This document shows, piece by piece, positions 11,966-25,537 of a stretch of DNA of 64,000 nucleotides. Every line of letters begins with the position of its first letter. Within the stretch, counting starts at the first letter, position 1. The position numbers and the translations under genes were made by a program. Source of the stretch: Eutreptiella sp. 'Long Island Sound 2002' (lineage: Eukaryota; Protista; Euglenida); contig OZ038378.1 of the NCBI GenBank assembly GCA_964036045.1, forward strand, positions 166,408,001-166,472,000, given 5' to 3'. Under the pieces are notes generated by a model. It worked only from the letters and a program-made list of their open reading frames with translations, ran no database searches and was not told the DNA's origin.

Positions 11966-14900
11966 TGTCATGGGAAGCAAACCAAACGACCTTCAAGGTG
12001 TGGCCTTTGACGTAGGAGCCATGACGCTTTTTGAAAGTATCACCTTCGTAGTCAACCCAGGGCCGATGGCGAGTAGACCGTTACCGAAGACGGTTCGACG
12101 GTAACCCACAGGTGACCAACCTACAGCAGTTGGAGGGTTCCCAATTGTAAACTAACTGACGGCAGGGCAATCAACGGCGGTTGGAGGGTAACGACGGTAC
12201 GTTGCTGCCAATCGGCGGGGTCCGATGCTGTGGTAGGTTTTGTTGGAATTGGCGCACTGGAAGCCGGGCTTTTTCCTTGCAAGGCGTCAGCTCCATTCTT
12301 ATTAAGGCCTGCCTGTCAAAGACCGCCCAATAATCGACGGCCCCTGACGTCGGCCAGGGGACCAACAGCCGTAGCCTTTCTTGAGGTGGCTCCTGGAAGT
12401 GAATTTAGATTTTTCGTGTTGGGACTAGTGTGCAAAAGTCTTACCATGTGATCCAATTCCATAATTTTACTCCTGGAGGTGGAAATGATGATGATGATGC
12501 CATTTTGTACAGATTTTGGCATCTCATTCGCTGTTTCTGTTTTTCAAGGCGGAGCGACGGACTGATCGAGCCTTTGTAACCTTCATATCACATGTAATGA
12601 CGCTTCCAGAAACGGCCAAGTGCTCACCAGATACTTAGTAAAACGGCACAGTGTTCCACCAAATGCTTGCTGCATTCATTGCAAATTCTTCGTGATCGCC
12701 CCTTTGGCGTTGTGATGTGCTGTGGTGTTATGTGTGTGGCATTGGATTGCGTGGTGTTTGACCTTATTTCTGTAGCGCACAGTGTCCGGACCAATTTGCA
12801 CTCTGTTGTGTTGAAACGTGTAAACTGTGCAACGTGACATTCCATCATCACATGCTGTTGCTCGTTCGGTTTTCATTGTTGTCAGTGACTCATTATCATT
12901 GTGTTGTATTTGGTCATTGGTATTGCATGGTATTGTATTGTGCTGTGTTGCCCCTCGTGCCTCCTCTTTTTTGATTTGTTAGGCACACGTTTTTGAACAT
13001 TCACTTCATTTTACCACCCATACACTTCATTTTACCGATTGAGTTTGGTGATCCTCTGACCTGATACTGGCCTGAATGCTCTGACCAACATCTTGACCAG
13101 AACTACTCCCCGTTGCGTTGACAACGGTATTGCATTGTCCATGGCCACACCAACAGAAAGGCCTCCCCTCCCACACATTCTTCTGATGTACAGGGTCAGC
13201 GATGTTTTTTCCCAGTCCGGAGCAGTGCATACCGCCCAGTATCCACGGAGCCGCAAAGCTCAACATCACCAGATCCCCCCCCCCCCCCGTTCAGGCACAC
13301 CAGGCAGATGCCTTTACTAGGCAGATGCCCAAACTGGTACGTTCTGTGCTCACCCTTCCAGGGGGTGGTAGGGGAGGGGGAAAACCCATTTTAGGTGAAA
13401 AAAGCCCCCTGGGTCTTTTCTCTCCACAGAGGGGGCGGTTTTTCACCTAAACTGGGGGGGGGGGGGCTCCCCACCATTTCTGGTTTTTTTTTGGGGGGGT
13501 TCTCCCTGTTTTGGGGGGTTCCCGGGGGTCAGGGGATGAAGTCCGCAGTTTTTTGGCATTTTTCGCATTTTTTGGGCCGGTCTCTTAGTGTAGTTTCAAG
13601 AGGAAACATTTTACTAACATGTAGTTTTGTAGTCAGTTAGTGGTTCGTGTTTGCATATCTGCCCAGCACTCCCTTTTTGGGGGTTTTTTTTCCACCATCC
13701 CAGGGGGCACATAAACATACCAGCTAGCAAAAGCTGGCAAGAGGACCAGTGCTCGAAGAAGTACTTTTTGTGTGCAGCCTGTGCCCCAAATGACCTTCAC
13801 GAATAGCAAGCCGTGTTTATTCATATGAAATGGACGCTATGGTGCTACTGGTGGGTACCAAAACACCAGGGGGGGGGTCTCTTAGTTTTTCTACAATTAC
13901 ACCATGTGTTGATCAGAGGTCTTGCATTTCAGGATGTACCAGTTGGCACATCAAAAAGTGGGCTATCTGTGTGTGCACAAAACGCACCAGACAGCGTGTT
14001 GACATTTAGCACACCATCATCTGCAGTGCTTGCTATGCCCCTCTCTTTATCTGTGTGCACACAAAGTGGACCAGCTCAGGCCACGCAGGGATAATTTCTA
14101 AACTGGGAAAACCACTCTGTCCCCCAACAGACTTTCTTACCCCTTACAAAACGCAGTGCAAAGAGCAGAGCGGCCATTGATAGCTTTAGTACATGGTTGG
14201 TTTGTCTGCATACTGGTGGGGTGTGAGAGGTGCAGCTTGGTCCTGTGTCTGTTTGGAGCCCGTTTGGAGTTTGCCATTTTGGGTAGGTAAGGTTCAGCTA
14301 ACAGTTGTTGTGTACATACACCGCGGCCAGCAACAGTATTCGCCTCCGAGTGGGCAAGAATCATGCCAAATCAGGGGAGGGATTTTGCATTCACTGTTCA
14401 CTTTAAGGCCCGTACTGGGCCGCAGCCAGCGTGCTGGTTCGGCTGTTCAGGCTGTATGTACAGCAGGGAGCTGTATGTACACCATGCCTTGCTGTCTCCA
14501 GACCAGTGAATACACTCTCCTGCTATTCTCTCTGTGATGCTGAGGTATGTGACGTCCCGACATCACAGCCCCCCCCTCGCAGCGATTCTACTGCAGCCCC
14601 AACAGACTTCTAGCGCCCAGGTAGTCACAGCCCCTCCCCCAGATGCAGTGCCTGCACATTCGTTGTCTGCTAACCATGCCCAGTCTGTGCGAATCCCCTG
14701 CATTCTGACCGTACCCTTGGTTTTCAGGGTTAGCCCAGGGAAGAACAAGACTCTGAAGTCCGGTCAGCCCCCCCCCCCCCCCACAGCGAGTTCAGCCTGC
14801 AGCCCCAGTGAAATCATGACGTCCCAAAATCACTGCAATCCTGCCTGTAGCCCCAGCAAACTTCTAACGTTCAGGTAGTCACAGCCCGCCCCCGTCTTAC

Positions 14901-16985
14901 CACCCGTAAAAGTTGGGACTGTCAACATCGCCTATGCCTCTCCTCAACAACCAACCCTGACTCAGCATGACAATCCGTCTCCAACACCTTCCCAGCCCAC
15001 ACAAGTAATGGCTTGTACACACGACAGTTGTCCCCACTCGCCCGGACGCCGCCAGACACCACCCCGCCCCCCCACAGGACTGCCGCCCCCCCCCCCCCCT
15101 TGTTTCCTATCGTTGACTTTCGGGACGCGTAGCCTAAACAATCCCAGGTGTGGCACAGTCTGCCGCCCCCGTGCCTACCAAGTGCAATTCCACGACAACA
15201 CCCACACACCAGTGCCAGCGAGTCCCCATCCCCTCTCCTCCCTCCCTTCAGCAGCATAGCCGTCACGCACGGTGAAGGTTGCAGCCCTCCGGCATCTGCC
15301 CCGCCATGCACAGGCACACACACTGCATGCAGCCTCGTCCGCTGCCGCCCATCATCACCTACCAGCTGGGGCAGCACAAATTGGGAGGTATTGGAGAATA
15401 TTCAGGAGTTACAGAGATCAAAGGAGTCTGTTGCATGCATTACAAGGTTGCCATTTTTTGTATTGAAAGTGACAAAAGTGTGGCGAGGTTTTTCTATTTG
15501 TAAATTTTTGCTGCTTTTCTACAGAAAATGGGGCACACAAAAGTACATTTTCACAGTGTCAAAAATGTAAGGCATTGCACAAATTAAGTAAGAGGTGTAA
15601 AGACGTTATCTTTTTGGGGGAAAGGTTGGTTCTTGGTTTTCAAGCAATTGTTTTCGGAAATATCACAGGGGAAATTTGTGAAACATGGTAATGTTTGGAA
15701 TTTTTTGTTGCAAAAAAAGTAACGGGAAACAGGTATTATGTGTTTTTAGAAAAGTTTTTTTTCCATGGTAGCAGCTTTGAAGTAATGCCCACGGGCATTT
15801 GAAATTGTGGGAAAGTATCACCAAATGCAATTGTGGCATGCACACATTGACGTCATTTTTGAGGTTGCAAAAATACCATGTGTAAGAAGATCATGTGCCT
15901 CATTTTCGGACCCTATTTTGTGGCATATTGCTTTTTTTTTTATGCATTTGCTGCAATTTTCGTGATTTTATGGCTTTTTTTTTACAGAGGTTTTGATCTA
16001 AAATGTTGATGTTGTGCATGAAATAGTATTACTACTCTCTGGCATCAACAAAACAATCCAATGAACTTCGGGATGCATTGCAATGGACAATCATCCATAG
16101 TGACCATCATGTCATCCTGAATTACTAAGTGAGTAAGAAAAAGTGTATTTCAATGACTAGGGGTAAGCCTTGGTCGTCTTAAAGATGCCTAGAGGCAGAC
16201 CACATTTTTATCTTAGTATTGGCCCCACCAAAATGAGGATAATGCATTTTGAGCTATAAAACCAAATACTAATCATTGGATGTTGTGAGGACCCCTAACC
16301 CCCCAACTATTTTGATTGAATCATAGTTTCCTGAAGGAACTGACGCAGTGCTGTGGTTCAGAGCCTATACATTTTTCTCTATTTTTCCATGAATGCTTAT
16401 CTATCCTAGTGGTGTGCAACCTAGGGGGCTGGGGCACCTCTTTTTGTCAGCCTAGCTAGATAGGAACATCCCATGTGACATGGCAATGACCTCATCGCCA
16501 CATGCCATGCCACCACAGCACCTATGGGACCTAAAACGAAGAGTGCACGTCTCAGAATGGCACTATTTCAGAGAGGGAGCCCATGAGGGCAGTTTTCTAT
16601 CTTGATTAGTTTGTTTTCTAACTATCTTTTCTAATCTGCAGTCAGTGTTTGATTCTTTGTTGTGAATACATTGTACATCTATCTCTTTGTGACAACAACC
16701 CTTCATGTTTGAAGTATAAGATCCTGAATTTGTGCCCTACTTGGACTATGGGTTGAGCCTTTCTCTTTTTTTTCTTTTCCAAAAACACATCAAAACCAGA
16801 GAAGCAATAGGAGCATGCAAGCATCACGACACAAGCAGTGGCACATCAACAGCAATAAAGACAATCATTGGAAGCTGGATATTCTTTCTGGTAGCAGAGA
16901 CAACCAGTCTTTACGTACCTGCAACCCTGTGCAGTACAACCAGTACACCGAGACTATCATCTTCTGAAGGGCGGAAGAACATATA

Positions 16986-18690
16986 ATGGACACCAAGGAC
17001 ACTGCCGAGACGACAGCGCCCTCAGTGGCACCGGCCAAGCCGGCGCCAAAGCCCACACCTGCTGGTGAACCTCACCCTGATGAGCCTGTACCTTCAGTGC
17101 CCTTAAGTGACACCAAGGATGAATCGCTGGCGTTGAGTGGCCTGGGAGCTGCCTTTAGTGAATTACGAGTTGGATCACGTGAAGGCAAAGAGAAGGAGAA
17201 GGAGAAGGAGATAGGGAAAGAAGGAGCAAGAGTGGACCGCGAAGTCGAGCATGGAGGAACAGATGATGCACACTTCGCTGGGATGTCTTCCCACTCAAGT
17301 ACTGCACCTAAAGCTGCCGAGTTCCCTTCTGAGAGCGCCCCAAGAGCGACTGAACTCCCTATCTTTCCGGCTACATCCTCTCCTACTGCCACTACACTCT
17401 CAGCGTCACATCCGGCTGCATCCTCTCCTACTGCCACTACACCCCCAGCTGCACATCCAGCTACATCCTCACCGACAACCACTAAACCCGTGGCGGAGGG
17501 AACAGGCCTCACTGGTACGACTGACCCTACCCCTGGGGTGGACTTGCGCTTCACAGCGCCACTAGTGGCATCTTATGGTAGTGAACCTGTGGCATTTGCC
17601 TCTTTCTACACTGGTGTCCATGAGCCGACTCCCTGTGGGTATCCTGATGCCTTTGCAAGGGTGCCTGCTGCAGCGCCCCCTCCTACGATGCCGTCCTACA
17701 CCATGCCCGAGCATGGTTTACTTCCCTGAGCGGCCTACGGGGCAAAGGCACCTGTGGAGGAAGGAGCAGGGCGTCGGGGAGCTCATCTAAGCAGTCGTTG
17801 ACTCGCTCCGAGATCCGGAAAGCCCTCCGTGGGGCAACCGAGGACTTGATTGGAGACCTCACCCAAGAAACCTGGTCTAAATTGGAGCCCCTCATACCTC
17901 TCCAAGGGTCACCTATGACCGCTGGAGCTTCACCTCACCGAGTACAGGCCAACCATCTGGTTGGCCTCTTATGGTGGTGTATGAAGCAGGCCGATGCCAA
18001 CCCCTGCGGCTATTCCCGGAAGCCCCTTCGTACCAAGGACTGCTCAACCCCCCTATAGCCATGTGGAGAATTGCACACCGCTGAGCTGGACAAGCTGGGG
18101 CTAACAGCCTTGCGGGCTATGGTGGATGTGGAGCCCTACAGCTTCAGTGATATGGTTGGCGATCCTTCGGATGACGAGCCACCTTCCCTGTCGTCTACAT
18201 TACCCTCTGAGGACGTTGACCCTGAAGACCCAGATGGACCTCGTGACAAGAGGAGGAAGAAGAAGAAGAAGAGCCGACGCCATGAAAGACGCCGCTCCAA
18301 GGAGGCCAAGGCTATCGCCACCTCGAAGATTGTGGTGCACCTGCCTGAGTTCACGGGGAAAGACCTCGGCGAGTTCGCTGACAGTCTTGGCCGGTTCCTT
18401 CGGATGGCCGGCCAAACCCACGCGAGTGGGAGGGTCAAGTGTGACCTGCTCTTGCAGTGTTGCAAGACCAAGTACCTAGAGAAGCAGGTGAAGCAGATGG
18501 TGACGAAGTCCGCCACATTCACCGAGGTGCTGGTTGCCCTTGAGTGGCAGTACCCGTCTTATGAGCCGGACCTATCTATCCGGACGGAGATCCAGAACTT
18601 GGCTATGTGGCCCAACAACCCCAAAGCTGCGCGCATCTCTGAAGTATTGGCCGACTAGGACCACTGGGTGGGGCGACTGACGCACATGGT
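16986..18690 (+). mobile_element. Retroelement gag-like remnant (frameshifted, 3'-truncated)
   Basis: A Pro/Thr/Ala-rich ORF (16986-17729) runs via broken frames into 18071-18658: basic patch KRRKKKKKSRR, then LPEFTGKDLGEFA...LEKQVKQMV...YPSYEPDLSIRTEIQNL, which is capsid-like. No pol and no paired LTRs found. Confidence 0.5.
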
Positions 18691-19724
18691 ACCTAATACA
18701 TGTTGTATGACCATAAAACTATGGGCTATGCTCCTAGTGTACCCCGTATTACTCGGGTATATGCCCCTTTAGTGGGGAACCATGTCGTGGTGCGATATGC
18801 ACCTGGTGGCCATGTCACGACAGTATTGGGCATCAAACCTACGCCCACAATTGACGATCCACCATGCATATTGCTGCACTAGACGACCGGGTACCGAATT
18901 TCCGGTTTTTATCAAAATTTTCCACTAAAAAAAAACTTTTTTTTTGCCTTGTATATGTCAAGGACAAGACTTCCTGGGTCATGGGCCACTCTCTAATTGC
19001 TATACCGCACCCCTCACGCACGTTTCTTTACATTTCCCCCTCCTGTAGGCCCCAAGAGAATTCCCACAACGATTCTACTGTTGGCAATAGAACAGGTCAC
19101 GGTGTCCATCAAAGGTCACAACGTGGTGCTACGCTCTGTTGTTGCCCTATGGTTTCCTATCTCCTTGCAGTTGTTCAAAGAGTTCTGCCGGCAGGTCTTG
19201 GGGCTAATGCGCAGCTGCAGGCAGAAGTCCACCAATAATTATGCCGGACCGACATCAACACCGTCTAGCAGACCACTACAGTGTGATGGGGGCTTCTCCT
19301 GTCAGCAGTAGAACAAGTATGTCCTTGTGGAGAGGTGGCCCGGGCGTAGTACACCAGCATACAGAACGTGTCGCATGCTGGTAGAGTGTCACACATGTAC
19401 ATGTAATACACACTACTGATAGGACGCAACCCATCGCTCTGTATTCTTCAACCAGCACTAGAACGGTATTCCAATGGGGTAGACATGGATATATGTTCCA
19501 ATGTTTCCCAAAAAGGATACTAATGCGGAGGACGGGATACAAGTACCCGTGACAACATTATTCGTATGCTGACAAGAACACAAGAGGACAAGTATGTGTA
19601 GAATGGGACGGAAACCATATATCGACAAGGGCTGTGCCGTGGACCGCACTAGGGTATGACATCATTGCAGTGCAATGCAACATGAAGACAGGGAACATTC
19701 AATGAACAGATAAAGCTCGACAAC

Positions 19725-20585
19725 ATTGCACAACGTTGACACCTTGGGGCACCAATTGCACTTTCCCATCTTCTAACTTCTTTACATCGATGATGTCATT
19801 CAGAAGACTGAGCAGCGACGTGGAACTGGCATGGATCAACTCCAAAGGCTCCTGAAGGTCACTGGGAAGGTGCGGCGCCTCTATGCATTCCTCGGCCATG
19901 CCGTTAATGACATAAAGAGGGGTGCGAATCTCATGGGAGATGTTGGCGATTAATTGATCCTTCATCTGCATTTGCCTCAGGCGGTGCTCCGCCTGCTGGC
20001 ACTTGATTTCGGCCAGTTGCAGGCTCATGTCACGCACCAAGTTGCTGACTATATGTTCGTCGCTCTGTGTCCATGGCACAGCAGAGAGCGTTTCTGTTTG
20101 ACTGAACGGCCTGAACGATGAGCGGGGGACCATGCCCCCGGGTTTGAAGCTGCTGGCAGGGTCACCTGCCCAATATACATTTCGGGTAATGTATCCCCGA
20201 AACCAGATGCAAACTAAGCTACCTTCCTTGAGGTCTTTCGTTGTGGTGGACGCACTCTGCAGCAAGCAACCCCTTGCATGCTCACTGAACTTCTCTGCGT
20301 TGGGGTAGACATCCGGAAGATTTGTGGAACACAGCACCCCACCAGAGTGCTCCAAGGCAAAACTCACTAACTCAAGATTCTCCTCTTCAGTAGGGGTGAC
20401 GCCAAATCGATGCACCACACCATCGATCACACAGCAGGCTCCTATACATTTTAATGGATCAGAAACATTCCCGTTTTCGCCGGCGAATGCTGCCTGCGGG
20501 TTATGGGTCTCCTTCAGGCAGTGAAGCATTCTTCGCTGCTCCCGCCCAGCGCTTTCCTGCTGTTGTGCAAGTTCCAACCGCTGCT
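19725..20585 (-). pseudogene. Inverted partial duplicate (PHY + HisKA) of the phytochrome gene
   Basis: 861 bp colinear with 29579-30439 in the opposite orientation. The frame is still open, with 14 amino-acid differences over ~286 residues. It lacks PAS-GAF, HATPase and REC. Confidence 0.95.
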
Positions 20586-21991
20586 CTACTCATTGGTACC
20601 GTCTGTTTCTTTCCATCTATACGGCTCATACTATAGACTACTCCCGGTTATGCATTACCGCGGGCACATCACATGGCTACCAGTGTTCCAATTGGTAGCC
20701 GAGCGGGACTCTTCCCATTTGTGTTGTGTCCTTTTACTGCTGGTAGAAGAACTATTGCAGTCCGAGGGCGGAAGCCGTGGTTACGGAGGTTGATACCAAC
20801 CATGTTTATGATATAACATACCCTACTTAAGCTTAGTCATCCAAATACTGCCCGTGCAAGCCTGCATCAAGACACATCAAGGGTTAGCAAACGGGGTTCG
20901 TGTTCAGCTTGCCGCCTGAGGTTTGCTTTCACGCCGTCAAGCGCCTGTGGCGACACGGGTAGATATTAGTGAGCAAGAAATTCTGCAGATGTTTCCACGG
21001 GGGGGGGGGGGGCGTACACTTGTTGCCTCGGTACATCAGTTCAACAAAGCCCAGTACTTCAAAAACCCGGCCACTCGACGAGACATACTATTGTCAACAA
21101 CGGCAATGGCACACATGCCTACTGGTAGTTTGAGGGGACATTTTGTAGGGCACCCCACGCCTGACTCCCTGTATAGTGATGTGGCTCAGCATGTTACGGA
21201 CCTATAGGATGCATGGGTGTCCTTTACGGCCTCGACAAAGCACCTTGTACGTCAACACATGGGTTTTGAGTAGGTACGGTGCCCGTTGGACCTTTGCCGC
21301 AAGGAGGTTGAGGTTACTCCGTGGTACCCCTTAGCTATTAGGGATGTGCCTATCTCCGCAACCTTTGGATTTCACCAGGCCATGTACGGTGTACTTCAGT
21401 TGGCCAACAATTGTTCGGCAGCAGTCGTACCGATGTTAGGCGACATCACCATATACTACAGCTACTTGAAAATGTTGTACAGCTACTGGATGCAACCACT
21501 CACATTGCGCCATGTGCATGGCTCCGTTTGTCCCTTGTTCGGTATCTGGCATCCATACAAGTACTGTGTTAATCACATGTACAGTGTTTTCCTTCCATTC
21601 ATGGTGGCAATACGAAGGGTTCCTTCTAAACCCAACGGCAGGACAACTGTATGCATATCCTTCCCTTATTGTTAAGGAGCGTCTTATTTTGGCTATTTAC
21701 CTCTCCATAGCAGGTATACGTGCTCACTTACGTTGAAGCAGTAGATCACTTAAAGATAAGTTGTTAGCAGGGCTATACCGTATTGTTTTCCAATATGCCC
21801 CAGCCTTACTTCGTCTTGGTATTATGGTGCGTGATTGTTCGTGGTACCACCGTACACCACGTACCGGCAGGGCCGTCCTTAAGGATCCAGATTTTTTTTT
21901 TTTTGGTTAAGGACAGCCCTTAAGGACAGCCCCTAGAGGCCTTTTTGCCCTGGCCGAACGTGGGCCATGTCTACCCCCCGGCCCTGTTTTG

Positions 21992-22358
21992 GGCACCACT
22001 TCTGATTTTGCCCCCCGCTCTGCAGCGGTGGGGCTCCCCGATACGGCAGGGGTGAGGTAGCCAATTTGCCCACTTGTGGGCCACTTCTGATTTTGCCCCC
22101 CGCTCTGCAGCGGTGGGGCTCCCCGATACGGCAGGGGTGAGGTAGCCAATTTGCCCACTTGTGGGCCACTTCTGATTTTGCCCCCCGCTCTGCAGCGGTG
22201 GGGCTCCCCGATACGGCAGGGGTGAGGTAGCCAATTTGCCCACTTGTGGGCCACTTCTGATTTTGCCCCCCGCTCTGCAGCGGTGGGGCTCCCCGATACG
22301 GCAGGGGTGAGGTAGCCAATTTGCCCACTTGTGGGCCACTTCTGATTTTGCCCCCCGC
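21992..22358 (+). repeat. 85-bp minisatellite, ~4.3 copies
   Basis: TGCAGCGGTG recurs at 22021, 22106, 22191 and 22276. Each unit contains the hairpin GCCCAC-TT-GTGGGC. Confidence 0.95.
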
Positions 22359-22420
22359 TTTGTTGCGCGCCCGTGCATGCACTTTTTAGGTAACTGGTGG
22401 GGCGGCTCCCCACATGAAAA

Positions 22421-23590
22421 TTGAATTTCTCCCGCCGCACTGGTGTGCGTTGGGTGGAAGCGATGTTCCACGAGCTGGATATTGTGCTAGAGAACTTGCC
22501 TGCTGTTGTGGAACACTTGCCCGAGTACATTAGTCATGAGGCTGACCTGGGGCAGAGGGAGAAGGCCGAGGGATTGTTCGATGCCCTTTCGCACCCCCTC
22601 TTCAAGTTGACGGCAGCCTTTTTTTGCGATGTTTTTGCTGTGGTTTGTGCCACAAGCAAGAAAGTTCAAGCGACCAAGGGGGCACGGGTCGCCGCCGTCC
22701 AGGGTTTGATGAACGTGATGTGCACACAACTGTTGTACACCATGCGTCATGTCATTCCACGGGGGTGGGAGGAATCGTTGGGTGTTGACGTAGGGAGTAG
22801 CATCATCAAGGGTAGCCGGATGAAGTTTCTTCGCAGTTTGATTGAGGACGTGCAGACACGATTCAAGCGAGCTGAGTGGGATGGTAGTGCTAACCTGGAG
22901 GATTGGGTTGAGGCAAGCTCGTGTTCGTGTGAGAGAGTTTTTAGCTACGTGACGGCTACGGACTTTGGCCAAACCACGGAGCGCATGTGTGAGACGCCGT
23001 GGGTAAGGTGCAATGGGGAGGCACCAGAGGATTGGGGTCCCTTTGAGGTTTTTGATGAGTTGCGCAAGACCCCTTTCCGCCCGCGCAAACGGAAGCAAGG
23101 GCATGCGGTTGAGGTGGAAGATGGTGGTTTGCTTGGGTTTGCGGCTTTCAAGGATTTGGCAGTTTCTTTGGAAGAGGATGCTGAGGCAGAGGTTCCGTTG
23201 GACATTCGAGATTTGTGGGTTGTCCCCAAGAGGGCTATTACACGTGACGCCAACATTGGTGATGTGTATGGGGTTGAGTTGGAGGGTGAGGACGAAGACA
23301 GTGAGGACGAGGATATGGAGCAGGCAGGTGCAGTTGCCAGTAGCTCCTCTTCTGACCTTCGTAACCCCTCAGCTGTCCCCTCCACCTTCTCTAACCCTGC
23401 CGCGCAGTTGGTGTTTCGGTATGATGTGGATGAGGCGGTGTTGAACGCAATGGAGAGGGGGAGGTTGCATGAGTGGACGAAGGTTGAGTTTAAGGCCATT
23501 TGTAGGAAGCATGGTTTGAGTGTGGGCGGGGGGAAGGGTGAGCTTATGGAGCGTGTCAAGGTGCACTTCAAGAGGTTGTACCAGCAGTAG
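22421..23590 (+). CDS. C-terminal half of hAT transposase with a terminal SAP-like domain
   Basis: GVRWVEA (hAT 'RW' box) and ASSCSCERVFSYV (hAT dimerisation/catalytic-E motif), then an acidic linker and WTKVEFKAICRKHGLSVGGGKGELMERVK (SAP consensus). The N-terminal catalytic part is missing. Confidence 0.75.
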   Translation: MNFSRRTGVRWVEAMFHELDIVLENLPAVVEHLPEYISHEADLGQREKAEGLFDALSHPLFKLTAAFFCDVFAVVCATSKKVQATKGARVAAVQGLMNVMCTQLLYTMRHVIPRGWEESLGVDVGSSIIKGSRMKFLRSLIEDVQTRFKRAEWDGSANLEDWVEASSCSCERVFSYVTATDFGQTTERMCETPWVRCNGEAPEDWGPFEVFDELRKTPFRPRKRKQGHAVEVEDGGLLGFAAFKDLAVSLEEDAEAEVPLDIRDLWVVPKRAITRDANIGDVYGVELEGEDEDSEDEDMEQAGAVASSSSSDLRNPSAVPSTFSNPAAQLVFRYDVDEAVLNAMERGRLHEWTKVEFKAICRKHGLSVGGGKGELMERVKVHFKRLYQQ

Positions 23591-25537
23591 GGAGTTTGTT
23601 TCCAGCTGTGCCACCGGCGATGGAACATTCGGGTGGTCGAACGCTACATGACTGTATCTGATCAGAATATTTGCTCTTGTTCATGTTGAATTGTGCAGGG
23701 TGTGAGGTAGGGTCGTGCAACACATGTGGGGCTAGGATCATATGGTTGTGTGCTGAGACCAATTTGGGGCTAGGGACTCATGGTTCAACAATTGGGAACA
23801 CCGGGGTGAAGACATGTACTGTCCGCGGGCTCTTTTGAAATTACCCCCGACTGGACGGGATTTTTTTTTTTTTGCGTTAAGGACAGCCCTGCGTACCGGT
23901 GAAGCAGCAAGGCGGTGCCTGCAGGTTTCTCTTTACTTGATCCAGAAGTTGAACCCATAGCATAGAGACGGTGGTTACAAGCGAGCTTTGCATTTAGCAC
24001 TATGAATGTGGTCCCCATACCACTCTTCCCTTCCTGCATCTGCCTTCGTGGAGGAGAAGGGGGAGGCAGTGGGCGAGGACATTATCATTACCAGCGTTCA
24101 TGATTGCCACAACATTTTTGTTACCTTACACCACGAGCAGCCCGGTACCCAGAAGCCCCTAACAAGCCCCCACATCACCCGCGAGTCAGTACGAGCTATG
24201 AACATACACCTTACACGATTGCTAGCATGCATTCATGGCGGTACCGTGCCGTTAGTAAAAAAGATGACTGCTCGGCCACAGCCGGGTGCCCGGGCCGCCA
24301 ATACTCTGCAGGCTACGATGGAGTGGCCGGAGGACCCTAGTTTTCCACTTTGTTTCAACTCCCAGGTTGCGGATGCGACCTTCCTGTATGGTGCACACCG
24401 TTCGCTGGACGTGTTGTTTTTTAGTGCGACAAGGGCAGAAAGTTAGCCTAGGTTTGATGCAGCAAGGGCGCATCTACCTCTCGACGTGGCCGAGGTGCCT
24501 GGTTCATGAACTTCTGTGCCCATTTTGGGTATACACGCCCACACCCCTTCCCCGCTGACGGGGATGTTGTGGGGGATCCGGCCTCCCCGGACGCACTGGC
24601 AGGGGGGGTGGTTCCTATCCCCCCCCCAAGTTGTACCCGGGCCTGTTGCGGCAAAGCCTGCACCACGCAACCCTGTGGGTCCTATTTTGGATGGTGATGA
24701 CGCTACCAGCACTGACTCGCAACGTATGTCATGCCCGTTCTGTGGGCAATCTGCTGTGTTGTACACCGGTTTTTACTGCTGGCAGTAGACCTGAGTTCTG
24801 AGTGATCTTTCCGACCATTTTGATGCGACAGGCCTGGTGCATACAACTGCAGGTGCCTTTTACAACTGGCAATAGAACACTGTGTCCAATTGGAACCCTG
24901 TTGTCTTATTTTCTTAGGCAACTGAGAGCACAATGAAACCTCTGATGGCTTTGGACAACCGGTTGTGGAATTGGGGACTGCGAGGATGAGCAGCAGCACT
25001 TTGGAGAGTGGAACAATTGCATGTGAAGGCGAAGGATTTACTAAAGGCCAAGTTTTGGACCCAAGCAACACACCAAGGGTTGAGGATGAGTGTGTTGGCA
25101 GACGTGACTACACAAGGTATTGTGAGCACGGATGCCGCACAGGATGGAGTGGTCGAGGTGGTGGTGAACAACAAGATGCGGACATTGTGATACTGCAAGG
25201 ACAACATGGGAACTGTGAGTGCTGCCCACCGGATATACATTGAGCTTAGGCCTGAGGAACCGATGGACAGGATCCCTGTGGTGCTGGCCCCCCCGCATTA
25301 TGTTTGGACCGAACGCAAGGGAGCAATCAGCATCCCTACAAGAGAGGTAGCCTGTACTAGCAACGTGGCAGAAGACCGAGATTGCAGTGTACAGTACAAG
25401 GGAAACGGACACGGTTGCGAAGGCCAATCGGACTGAGGTCACATGCAGTGTTCTGTATAGTGTGTTGCTGCAACCCAAAAAATTCATCCTGCATCCTTCA
25501 TACATGGTTGTGAATTAATTACCCATGGCACACCTCA

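Larger units (their letters stand above)
21868..23891 (+). mobile_element. Internally deleted hAT transposon (2.02 kb)
   Basis: 15-bp TIRs CAGGGC(C/T)GTCCTTAA (21868-21882 / 23877-23891, 14/15) and a perfect 8-bp TSD CGTACCGG (21860-21867 / 23892-23899). Confidence 0.93.
20923..24446 (+). mobile_element. Degenerate putative DDE transposase ORF, interrupted by the hAT insertion
   Basis: Broken frames with several stops. Removing 21868-23891 plus one TSD restores the frame (DCSWYHRTPRTG|EAARRCLQ...). Motifs LFGIWHPYK and AFVEEKGEA loosely resemble the H and E boxes of the other CMC-like transposases here. Family not established. Confidence 0.4.

Noticed and set aside
13933-14094. Possible extra exon of the vWA gene after TTTCAG
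   Set aside because: No recognisable domain, and no demonstrable phase-matched donor from the previous exon.
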